64,000 bases of DNA from Octopus bimaculoides (lineage: Eukaryota). Made by a program: the position numbers and the translations under genes. This document shows, piece by piece, positions 49,523 through 61,518 of the stretch (positions are counted from its first letter, which is position 1; the number at the start of each line of letters is the position of its first letter). The stretch lies in NCBI RefSeq assembly GCF_001194135.2, contig NC_068995.1:10193433-10257432 (forward strand), read 5' to 3'. Below the pieces are notes generated by a model that was not told the DNA's origin, did not search any database, and worked only from the letters and a program-made list of their open reading frames with translations.

Positions 49523-49971
49523 AGGACGGCCATGTTATGTTGGCAAACAATCTGGTTTGTAGCTGTTATTATTGTTGTAGCTTAAACTAATATGAGCATT
49601 GATCGAACAGAATCATTACAAAAGGCGGTGCAGCCATGATAATCACGGCTTTGTTTTTATATTTCGTTCTATATTGTCTAATGTATTCCTCCTGTTTGTT
49701 ATCACGATAAGGTGTGATCCCGATAAGTAAAGATTGAAGTCCTCAAAAATATTCACTCGAACTAAAAAAGTCATTAGAGGAAACTGCTAGTCACAGAGAT
49801 CTCTTGTTTTTTCAGATTCTTGAAATATTACTCGACATTCAGGATTGAGTACACTTTTTCCTATAGGAATATACACCCAGTAATGTAACTATTACCTATT
49901 CACACTCACACACAGATATAGATAGACATCATGTATGTATGCACACACCCACGCACATAAACACACACATT

Positions 49972-50139
<168 letters not shown>

Positions 50140-50975
50140 GATATATATATACACATACATAGATAAGTCTATACATAAATGTCTGCTTCCAGAGATTGCA
50201 TAAAATAAAAAATACAAATGCAGAAATGTATTTTTTGTGAGTGCGTGTATGTAAACAAATAAGGAACCGATATACAAAGACACACAGACACATATGTATG
50301 AATATCTGTATATGCATATATACACATATATGTATGTGTATGCAGGTATGTGTGTCTACATGTATATGTGTATGTATGTATGTATATGTATGTGTATGTA
50401 TGCATGTAGGTGTATGCATATATCTATGTATGTATGCGTGTATGTGTGCCTGTATGTATGTGTGTGCCTGTATGTATGTATGTATGTATTGTGTGTGTAT
50501 GTATGTATGTGTGTGTATGTATGTATGTGTGTGTATGTATGTATGTATGTAACTCCATTTAATTTGTGCATTCTTGAGCCACTAATCTCTTAAATCTCCG
50601 AATCGGTTTTTCTATCTTATTTTGTAATTTATTTCTATATCGGGCTTGTATATCTTGTAGGCAAACAAATATATACACTCGTGCACTCACATAAACATGT
50701 ATATGTTGCGGCCTACGCCGGTGTACACGCGAGCGGAGAGAGAGAGAACGAGGGAGAAATACAAACAGAAAGAGAGAAGGACATGTTATATGTCTTTGTA
50801 TACAGATTTTAGTAGTGGAGAAACTACAGTTGTTTGTTGGGCTTTGTATTACGTGCCAATGCACATATCAAAGTTTCATTAGTACATTGGTACGAAACTC
50901 TAGCCACTGATTCACTCTAGTTTCTCAACTAATAAAAATTATATGTAAAGACGAAAGCACAAACACACGCGTTTG

Positions 50976-51022
<47 letters not shown>

Positions 51023-51301
51023 NNNNNNNNNNNNNNNNNNNNNNNNNNNNNNNNNNNNNNNNNNNNNNNNNNNNNNNNNNNNNNNNNNNNNNNNNNNNNN
51101 NNNNNNNNNNNNNNNNNNNNNNNNNNNNNNNNNNNNNNNNNNNNNNNNNNNNNNNNNNNNNNNNNNNNNNNNNNNNNGACAAAAACAAGCACCCGCTTAG
51201 GCGGGTTAAGTGTTTCAAATTTTTCGGGTGATCAATTTGAATGCGAACAGGGTAACTGAGAGGAGGGACGTTCAGATCTTGCGCACACTCAGTAAATAAG
51301 G

Positions 51302-51337
<36 letters not shown>

Positions 51338-51410
51338 ATACATATATACATATATTCATGTAGAGTAAAAGTTTGTATGCTGAGGATACGGGTGTATTTT
51401 GTTGCCAAAT

Positions 51411-51497
51411 TTAGGGGTTCTGTCTCATCAGGCGGTGAAGCCGCTCTGTAGCTGTCTCGGCCCCTTTCACCGCGACATCTGCGCTTATCAGTGCTGC
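51411..51497 (-). CDS. Candidate exon in a GC-rich island; frame ambiguous
   Basis: Acceptor gttttttttcgctatcattggtag. Phase 0 gives AALISADVAVKGAETATERLHRLMRQNP*; phase 1 gives STDKRRCRGERGRDSYRAASPPDETEPLNLATKYT. Clearly higher GC than flanks. Confidence 0.3.
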   Translation of the reverse strand, partial: AALISADVAVKGAETATERLHRLMRQNP

Positions 51498-51676
51498 CTA
51501 CCAATGATAGCGAAAAAAACAGTGTTTCAGTTTAGAACAAAATTTTAAGATTCTCTTCAATTTCTTAGTTTAAATCTGTGCGATTTGTTTTCTGAGACTA
51601 TATGCTAGTCTATGTGTATTTATTTATGAATGTATGTCTGCATGGAGATATATGGGTGCATCCTTGTGTATACATA

Positions 51677-51716
<40 letters not shown>

Positions 51717-51804
51717 CGCACACACATATACAGATAGATAGATAGATGTGTATCTGCTCTTGCTAATGAATTATTTTTGTGAAATGCAATCATACACTAT
51801 ATGT

Positions 51805-51843
<39 letters not shown>

Positions 51844-52578
51844 CGCGCGTGCGTTTTTGTGCCTGAGTATTTATGTCTGTTTTTTCTGTGTCTGTCTATC
51901 AGTGTGTTTGTGTGCATGCATGCACGCTTGTTGAATACACTTAAACTAATTATTGGATAATGTTTTTTTTATAACGTTGTGACAATTGCTTTTATGCGAT
52001 TCTATACATACTACGCAAATACATATACACATACATATACATACACGCACGCAAGCACACGCACACAAACACACACGTGTGTCTATATGTGTGTCTATGT
52101 GCCTGTATCTATTATAAAATATTTTGCTTAAATTTGTACAGTATATAAAAACAGCAACGTAATCCAATTAAAAAATAAATTTCCTATTACAACAGCTACA
52201 AAATAACAACAAAATTAGAATCACACGCTGAATTTCATGGAAAAATATAAAATAAGAAAACACTGATTTTTCTACTTACTAAAATGATATTTTTTTCCTC
52301 TATCAATTAAATGTTCAGATTCTTTAAACATAAAAAATTAGTTTAGATGAAAACATTTGTTCTCCGAGGAAGCTGAGAATATTTAAATCGCGTAACCTGT
52401 TCTATTTCATTCGCATAGCTTTCGTTGTCACAGGTCTAATTACTTTTTAATTATATTTCAAGCATTTTGAATGAGAAAAAATATATATATATAAATATAG
52501 CATTTAGATGAGTTATGCTATGTATTATGAAGTGCGAGCGCAAATTCATATACACACGTACATACATACATACATACA

Positions 52579-52628
<50 letters not shown>

Positions 52629-53059
52629 TTTTTGTTTGTATATGTATTGTTGTGGGTGAAGAGAGTATTCCATAATTGTTGTATTTAAGTGTGTGTAAAG
52701 CTTATTTTATGTATGCCACAAACAGGTGCTATAGACATATGTCTAAAAGTACTTTTGAGTTTCCTATTGCAAAGTATCTTTCGGGAGAAATCACTTCTAT
52801 GCCTACAGGAAGGTGTACTTGAAGGTGTGGTTGGTTGTATGAAACCCTTAACCGAGTTTTCATAATTATATTTACATCAGGCATGACACTCATACGATAT
52901 GTATACACGCATCATACATACATACATATATATATATGTTATATATATACCTAGTAGAATAAGAAATAGAATGTCTTATTTATATATTTGAATTATTATA
53001 GTGGAAAAATTATCAGAAATAACTTATCGATTCATTTTTTTCATTCTTTTATTCTTTTA

Positions 53060-53253
53060 CTTGTTTCAGTCATTTTACTGCGGCCATGCTGGAGCACCAC
53101 CTTTAGTCGAACGAATAAACCCCAGGACGTATTCTTTGTAAGCCTAGTACTTATTCTATCGTTCTCTTTAGCCGAACCGCTAAGTTACGGGGACATAAAC
53201 ACACCAACATCGGCTGTCAAGTGATGGTGGGGAAACAAATAGACACAGACATA

Positions 53254-53296
<43 letters not shown>

Positions 53297-53470
53297 TATA
53301 TATAATTATATACACACAACGGACTTTTCAGTTTCCGTCTACCAAATCCACTCACAAGGCTTTGGTCGGCCTGAGGCTAAAGTAGAAGACACTTTCCCAG
53401 GGTGCCATGCAGTGGGACTGAACCTGGGACCATAGGGCTGAAAAGCAAGGTTCTTACCACGCAGCCACGC
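53060..53470 (-). mobile_element. SINE family 1, full length
   Basis: From the tail gtttcagtcattttactgcggccatgctggagcacc to the head cttaccacgcagccacgcc. Confidence 0.9.
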
Positions 53471-53722
53471 CGTTTTTTTTTCTCTCTATCCTTTCTGTCG
53501 AAGAGGGTAGGCTTAAAAAGTAGGATACTTTTCTATTCTTCCCGAGCGTTAACACTTGTCTTCGTCTTTTGTTTTCTGTAAATTTGATAAACAAGCTCAA
53601 ACACAAAGACACACATAAACATATGCAAATAATATATTCATATTTCTATAACGAGTGTTTCGACCTCCTTAACGTCCTCTCGAAAATTAAGAAATTCTCA
53701 TGAGGTCATCGATATGTATGTA

Positions 53723-53880
53723 TACGAGAGGGTACAGAAAAGTTCCTGGTTTTATAGGGCTTATAAAAACTGGCGGATCGCGGCAATGAGTATGTGAATC
53801 TGACAGAGGAATATGTTGAACAAAATCAGGATTAACTATCTTGTATTTTTTTACTCTAAAGCCAAGATCTTTTCAGCACT

Positions 53881-53888
<8 letters not shown>
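53723..53888 (+). mobile_element. Mariner deletion derivative (5' TIR joined to transposase C-terminus and 3' TIR)
   Basis: TA|cgagagggtacagaaaagttcctgg ... ccaagatcttttcagcactc imperfect TIRs; internal KLADRGNEYVNLTEEYVE. Confidence 0.65.
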
Positions 53889-53918
<30 letters not shown>

Positions 53919-53924
<6 letters not shown>

Positions 53925-54143
53925 GCGAGAGGTGCTGAAAAGTGCCTAGCCTTATGTGTCTAGCGTAAGACTTGGTGGGAAGCCCAACATTCTGAGTTCT
54001 TTCACAGGGCTTAGAAAAACTGTAGGACTGCAGTAAAAAGTATATGAATCTGAGAGGCGAATATGTTGAATAAAATCATAATTAATTGATCTTCATGTAC
54101 TTTCTCTTACCCGAAGCCAGGAATATTTCAGCACCCCTTCATA
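53919..54143 (+). mobile_element. Mariner deletion derivative, second tandem copy
   Basis: TA|cgagg..ggtgctgaaaagtgcctagcc ... gccaggaatatttcagcaccccttca|TA TIRs; internal GLEKL*DCSKKYMNLRGEYVE* matches the mariner C-terminal pattern G..KL..R..KC....G.YVE. Confidence 0.72.
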
Positions 54144-55109
54144 TGTCTGTTTGTGTGCGTGTGTGATTGTATGTGGGTGTGTGCATATGACAGCATTCCA
54201 CAGATTTCATTCACAAAGCATTTGTCAGACTGGTACCATTATAGAATCTATCAGCGAAGCTGATTCTTAACCACATACCCATGCTTACAGCCATTCATAT
54301 ATATGTCTGTCTATATATATGTCTGTCTGTATGTATGTATTTCTATTATGTACGTAATTATTTGTGTATGTATAAGGATGTATGTTTAATGTGTTTTACA
54401 TATAGCCTGTATATTCATTATCAAATATTTAAGAAGTCTCTCATAAGCGCTTCGTGCAACGCTACTAATTATTTGAGTTAAGGTTAATTTAATAAGCTAA
54501 GGTCAGATAACGTTCATTTTAAGTGTTGCAGACTAATGATTAGATGGATAACGAGACCAGCGGAGCCGGAACATGGTTGGAGATTCAAGTTAGCATAGCA
54601 AAGAGAAGCTGTAAATCCGATACTAAAAGCGAATGCTTGTGACGAAAAGCTTTATATTCTATTCTGGGATTACTACATATTTAATGATTGCTTCATTAAC
54701 TTCAGGTTTAATCACCATGTTGAGTATAAGACGGCTTACTGCGAAAACGAGTCCAGTGTTCTAGAAAATCATGTATTATATCTACTGAGTGACCAAGAAG
54801 TCAATTGAATTTATTATGCATTTATGAGTATCAACTTGATAGTAACAATGGTAAACAGCCGGATTTAGTAAATGGCTATTACAGCATTTTGCAACGTAAC
54901 TCCATAATCTAAGTTCCAATGCCATTGCACTCAAGTTGATATATACGTATATATACATACATACATGCTATATACAGGGTGTCCACAAAGTTTGGGTACA
55001 TGTGGATAAACACATACTTTAAGAAATTATTATTTCTTATATTTAATTGTTTATGTTATGATTTTATCTACTCCATGTACCCAGACCTTGTGGACACTGT
55101 GTGTATGCG

Positions 55110-55141
<32 letters not shown>

Positions 55142-55215
55142 CACACACATACATGTATGTGTATATCATATATGTAAGTATATGTGTGTGTGTGTGTGTA
55201 TTTGTTTCGTTCATT

Positions 55216-55323
55216 TGACCGCGACCAAGCTGGAGCACCGCCTTTAGTCGAACAAATCGAACTCAGGGCTTATTCTTTGTAAGCCTAGTACTTATTCTAT
55301 CTGTCTCTTTTGCCGAACCGCTA
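55216..55323 (-). mobile_element. SINE family 1, 3' fragment
   Basis: ttgaccgcgaccaagctggagcaccgcctttagtcgaacaaatcga...gccgaaccgctaa. Confidence 0.85.
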
Positions 55324-56353
55324 AAGAAGTTTCACTCTTCCTCAGTTGTCGACTGTTTATTACTCCCTATTTCCTGATGGTTAATGAGTGACGGAAGATG
55401 AAGATATGAGAATTTTTATTAATCACTACAATTGTTTCAACCATTTAGAGAAAGAGGAGCGGGAGAGATAGAGAGACAAACTGACAGACAGACAGACAGA
55501 CAGAGACAGACAGACAATCAGAGACAGACAGAGAAATATAGACACGTGTGCGTTTTGCTCCAAATATACTGGGTCTTCTAACTGATGATTATACATCGCG
55601 CTTTCTGTGCAGGGCACTCCACGTAAAGAAGTCTGAACATGTGTTTGTTTCAATTTCCAGGTCGATGAGTTATTCTGGTTTTCCGTCTTTGTTTGTGTTG
55701 TTGTCGTTGTTGTTTTCATTACCATTGTTGCTGTTGTTGCCAGCGTCGTCGCTGTGGTCGTCGTTTTTATTGCTGTCTTCGCCGTCGTCGTTGTCATTGT
55801 TGGTGACGGCGGTGCTGCTGTTGAGCTTCGGGCTAGAACTGATCCTACATTCCTATGAATAAAACGATTGTACTCACTTCCATTTATATTTTAAATACAT
55901 AGTCTATCCGGGACTACATTATCCAATGCGTTCATCCTTTGTTGATACGGTAGATCGATAATCTGCGGAGAGGCGAATTAGTTCATTCAATTAGTCAGTC
56001 ACGGGTTTCATATGTTTCTTGAGTTCACCTACACACGTTTGTGTGTCAGTGTGTATTTGTGTGTATATATGCGCGTTCCTCTTGATAATATTGTTATAAT
56101 TGTTGTTGTAGTTGTTTATATTATCATCACTATTATTAGTATTGTTGTTGCTGCTGCTGTTGTTTTTGTTGTTCTTCAAACTAAGTTTTTGTTGGGGCTT
56201 GCTACATGCAGTCTTGCTGCATGCAGTCTACGGTGTCAAACTAGCTGTTCTTTTCAACTTTCCATGTGATTCAGGCCGTGCCAAGAATGCAAACTTCTCG
56301 CAAGAGTTCTACCGGGCACTATTCTCATTTCCTTTATATACCTTTATATAGGC

Positions 56354-56760
56354 GCGGGAGTGTGTGTGGTAAGTAGCTTGCTTACCAACCACATGGTTCT
56401 GGGTTCAGTCCCACTGCGTGGCATCTTGGGCAAGTGTCTAGTACTATAGCCTCGGGCCGACCAAAGCCTTGTGAGTGGATTTGGTAGATAGAAACTGAAA
56501 GAAGCCCGTCGTATATATGTATATATGTTTGTGTGTCTGTGTTTGTCCCCCCAACATCGCTTGACAACCGATGCCGGTGTGTTTACGTCCCCGTAACCTA
56601 GCGGTTCGGCAAAAGAGCGATAGAATAAGTACTAGGCTTCCAAAGAATAAGTCCTGGGATCGATTTGCTCGACTAAAGGCGGTGCTCCAGCATGGCCGCA
56701 GTCAAATAACAAACAAGTAAAAGAGTAAATAGAGAGTAAAGAGTAAATAGAGAGTAAAGA
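56354..56760 (+). mobile_element. SINE family 1, full-length reference copy
   Basis: tRNA-like head with B-box-like ggttcagtccc, CORE/V-like cttgggcaagtgtc, internal TA/TG tract, 3' ggcggtgctccagcatggccgcagtc and tandem tail (gagtaaatagagagtaaa)n. Resembles the octopus OR-type SINEs from memory; the name is unverified. Confidence 0.92.
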
Positions 56761-56964
56761 GTATACCGCTTTGAGCCCTTTGATACTCTCCCTAAAGACC
56801 CAACAATAGTTGGCACTATTCGAGCTATCTCGTATTAAATAGGGCTATTTATGTCTATCTTTTCGCCTTCCTTCTTGATTATTCGTGTGTCAAAGAGGCA
56901 CGCAACATTACTTTTAAAGCCAATGTGCCTCACCTTTTCGTCCACCATAATGAAACTGACAGAA

Positions 56965-57445
56965 TAGTCACTGCGCCGGACAAAATGTTTAGCGGCATCT
57001 CTTCCAGGTTTAAGTTCTTAGTTCAAATGCCACTGAGGTCAACCTTGCCTTTCATCCTCATAAAATAAATACTAGTTGTGCACTAGGGATTGATGTTAAC
57101 ACCACATGCTTTGTAATTTTTTTTTGTGTTGTAACTCGTCCTTCGACATTAGACTCCATGTCTTGGGCCCTTGCACCTTATAGAAGAGAGGATTATTATT
57201 ATTATTATTGAAGGCGGTGGGCTGGCAGAATCGTTAGCACACCGGGCAAAATGTTTAGCGGTATTTCACCTGTCACTACGTTCCGAGTTCAAATTCCACC
57301 GAGGTCGACTTGGCCTTTCATCATTTCGGGGTCGATAAATTAAGTACCAGTTACATACTGGGGTCGATGTAATCGTCTTGTCCCCCTCTCACCAAAATTT
57401 CAAGCCTTGTACCTAAAGCAGCAAGGATTATTATTATTATTATTA
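56965..57445 (+). mobile_element. Two tandem SINE family 2 copies (56965-57205, 57210-57445)
   Basis: The second head gaaggcggtgggctggcagaatcg starts directly in the (ATT)n tail of the first; both end in gg(att)n. Confidence 0.85.
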
Positions 57446-58244
57446 TCTGCGTGCGTTGTTTGCAAGTGTAATTTTGTTGCGTTCATGGCAAATTATTTTA
57501 TTATTCATGTTTATGCATTCTTCTGGGTGAGTTGATGTGTTTATGTTTGTATTTGTTTGGTTTACTTTATGGATACGTATGCTTGTAATGAATATGGTGA
57601 GTATTATATTGTTTGTATGTGTGCGTATCTGTGGGCGCGGGGTGAGGGCATTCTGTTACACGCATGCGTAATTTTCACCGTTTCTTTCCGCGTTCCTGAA
57701 TTTCCGAATAAATGATGTACGTGCTCGAAACTATGTAAATATGTTTGTATAAATTCATGTAGTGATTAACAAATAACAAGAACAGGAAAAAGAAGAATTA
57801 TGATTATTATTATTATTAACATTATTATTATTATTATTGCTGTTATAGTAAATGTCGAATTTACCGGTGCTAGTGCACTGCAGATGCTACTGCTGCTGCT
57901 ACCTCACATGATGATGATGATGATGATGACGACGATGACGATGATGATTATGAAGATTATGAAGAAGATGACATTAAAATAATTAATAGCTCCAATTCAT
58001 ATTACGATTATCATCATGATTATAATTTTAATAATTATAATTGTTATCATTATATAAATGCATGTGTGCTAGTGCGAGCGTGTGTTTATACATGCATATA
58101 CACATTTATATGCAATTATATATATGCATATATACGTCTATATACAATTTCATATATAATACACACACACACACCTATATATGTATGTATATACATATAC
58201 GAATATGTATATATATATATATATGTGTGTGTATTTACATACAT

Positions 58245-58288
<44 letters not shown>

Positions 58289-58974
58289 GCACGCGCATGC
58301 AAACACGCACGCAGTGGAAAGAAAATATTTGATGATAGGAATCCTAGCGACAAGAATATTGCTTTTATTTTCTATATTTTCAACAATTAATTTAAAAGCC
58401 GAAATGAAAATATTCATCAATTATAAATCATCACTATTTGAATTTATTATGACAGTGACTCTCGAATACGGCATCTTTTATTAATAAATTTTAATTCTTT
58501 CAAATTCAGCTCTGTTTGTAGATTGCGTTTTATATTTTGCATTGTAATTAGTTTTTGGTTTTTCTTTTGTTAGTTTTTTGCAAAGTGGTTATTTCCCAAT
58601 ATACATAAGAATATCAGAACAATTAATATTACAGGGAATTGTTATTGATATTGCATTGAATTAATGTTAAATTCCTTTAGTATGTTTGATCTTTTTGTCA
58701 AGCATATTTAGTCTCGTTTTGTAAAACATTAACGAGAAACAATTCAAAGAAGCCAGAAATGAAATTTCGTCTTACAGATGTTAAAATAATGAGAGAGAGA
58801 AAATGAAATTTTTGAAAACGTAAACGAATATTTCAGATGAAATTTGTATCCAGTTTATATTATGTCTCAATTACATTATAAATAAATTAAACGACTTTTG
58901 ATTGCATGTATATATGTGCGTGTGTATGTGTGTGCACATGTGTATGTCTATATAGAAAGGTATAGATAGATACA

Positions 58975-59026
58975 TTGCTACTCACGCAAGCACATGCACA
59001 CACACACAAGCACGCACACACACAAT

Positions 59027-59061
<35 letters not shown>

Positions 59062-59260
59062 GCAAGCACACACAAGCAGGCACACACACACAAGCAGGCA
59101 CACACACACAAGCAGGCACACACACACAAGCAGGCACACACACACAAGCACACACACACACAAGCACACACACACACAAGCACACACACACACAAGCACA
59201 CACACAAACACACACACACACAAGCACACACACACAAACACACACACACACACACACATA
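58975..59260. repeat. (CA)n-derived minisatellite, ~16-18-bp unit caagcaggcacacacaca
   Basis: Four near-perfect units at 59071-59140 within caag-punctuated CA runs. Confidence 0.9.
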
Positions 59261-60359
59261 TAATGCAAGGATATTTTATGTATCTTTTATATATACGTAC
59301 ATATATACTATACCCGTATAATACACATACATATAAATTCATATACGTAATGTTGATTTACTATACACACACACGTGCGTGTGTATGCGTGCGTCTAGAT
59401 GTGTGAACATATATTTATATTGTGTAATTACTTTTGTTAACGAGTGTGTGCATGTGTGTGTATGTGAGTGTATGCAGTGCATCCGTGTGATACTACACAA
59501 CGAATCCTGATCATTTTCTGTTATCAATATTTTACTAATTTCCGTTGAATTAGAATTATTCTCCTCTGCCCCTACATGTGTGTGTATGTGTGTGTAGTAA
59601 AATAGATAGATAGATAGATGTTTATTAGCCACACAGAGCTGAAAACAGAGGAGACAAAATACAAAGTAGAGCTCTTCTTTTGGGGAAGGAAAGAAAAAAA
59701 GGGGGCTGGGGTAGAATTTCGATCAAAAGGGATCGTGAAAAGGTAAAAAAGGGAAGCCGAACAATAGGGATCACACAGACAGACAAACATATCGAAATAA
59801 CACCATGGAATACAAACGTGAGAGATAGAATTCCACCTTGACTTTACCCCAAGCCATAATTAAGAATCTTGCAGGTGAATTAACTAGGTGAATCTCTGAA
59901 ATTTCGCGAAGCAAATACATATTTAAATGGGCCTTCCTACTGCTATAATGATATGCTATCTAGAAGCGACTTTAACGAGAAGCTAGTATAATAGAAGCAT
60001 CAACCGCTCACGCTCAATATAAAAATCAGGGAAATGAACGTAAACTCCATTAGTCAAGTATTCAGTGTACTTGTATCACTAACATAGTCAAAATATTCTT
60101 TCTTTAGTGTGACATTTCCACATACACACATGTGCAACAAACTATTCAACATCAAAAACGTTCAGGTCATCTACTTCAGCCTTGAAAACATCACGCACTA
60201 AAAGGAAAATATATACAGACTCTCCACCACACTCGGTTTGAAACTGCAGTAATCCCATTACCACTCTTTTAGAAATCGCGCTGGTTTAAAGCAACTCTGA
60301 GCACTCATGGAATGAGCTATCAATGGATTCCTATTGCTTAGAATCACTACTCATAAAAA

Positions 60360-60900
60360 AAAAACTTAGATATGTTTCGACCAAAGATTGGTCCAGGCCA
60401 TGTCTAACTTAATAGCACCAGCTGATAGGATTATCTAAATCCTTTTTAAGTCAAGTTTTGTGGTATTATGATCCATTCAAGTAGTGAGTTCTTGTTGAGT
60501 GATTTGTATCCAGGTATAGGTGGCTTATCTGGTATTCCTTGAAGAAATTTGTCCAGATTCATATTTTGAATAATGTTTTTGAAATTTGTATACATAGATA
60601 TTCTTTATTGATTTATCTTTTACTTGTTGTAACCCAAGGTTTGTGACCATCCTGAGGCACCACCATTTCTATTCCTATGTTTTCTTCAATCTTTCTGCTA
60701 TTGTTAATTTGTACTGGATGATGTAATTTTAAATTACTTGGACAATTTCCCATTGGAACGATATTAAAGTCGCCCGAAAGAAGCACATTGGTAAATTCGG
60801 TTCAGTCCAGTTAATTACTCTTCCATTCTTGAAGGCTACCCTCAAATTCATTGTCATAATTTGAGGCATCAATCAAGTGAACACTATGTTGTACACTAAT
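60360..60900 (-). mobile_element. Second CR1-group LINE family: endonuclease fragment joined to the extreme 3' end
   Basis: TNVLLSGDFN (APE GDFN motif) and NLGLQQVKDK, then LDKFLQGIPDKPPIPGYKSLNKNSLLEW* (homologous to LDLFLSRVPDK..SNSIL at 37560-37640). 3' tail catggcctggaccaatctttggtcgaaac. Confidence 0.7.
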
Positions 60901-61447
60901 TGCTCGATATTCATTAAATGCACAAATTAATAAGTAAAATGTGAATATCGAGATAAAGTGTATCAGCAAAATTAACGTAACACTTCTTCAAGGAAATACG
61001 TGGCAATTCCACAATGGCTTCTCTCTTCCTTATCAGATCGGAATACGATATATTTTGTTGTGTCTCTCTCCGGAACTGGAAGGTTTTCTGTTTGATCGTT
61101 TATTGTTTGATTGTTGTTGGCAGGATCTTCCATATAGGGATTTTACTACTTCTATTCATTCATAATAGGCATCAGATATTCAGCAGTATCATTATTATTA
61201 TTATTATTATTATTAGTTGCAGTGCTGACAATCCCATGCTTGTCATTTGTGGTAGCCTCGTGTTTTAATGAACGTGGCTTTAGTTAGTATCTGCTGTAAC
61301 CATTCCAGCTACTGTACGCCTTCGTTTGCGCGATAATAAAAAAGTATGGACCAAAACTGTGTCTGCTTTATAAACACAAACACACACACATATATGCATA
61401 CATATATACCTATGTACAAAAATACACACACATAAATACACACACAC

Positions 61448-61518
<71 letters not shown>

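Noticed and set aside
51380-51440. C/D-box snoRNA suggested by TGATGA
   Set aside because: No downstream D box (CTGA) on the same strand and no terminal stem.
59625-59790. Purine-rich block that may be the end of another interspersed repeat
   Set aside because: Single copy in the window with no translatable motif, so I cannot support a family call.
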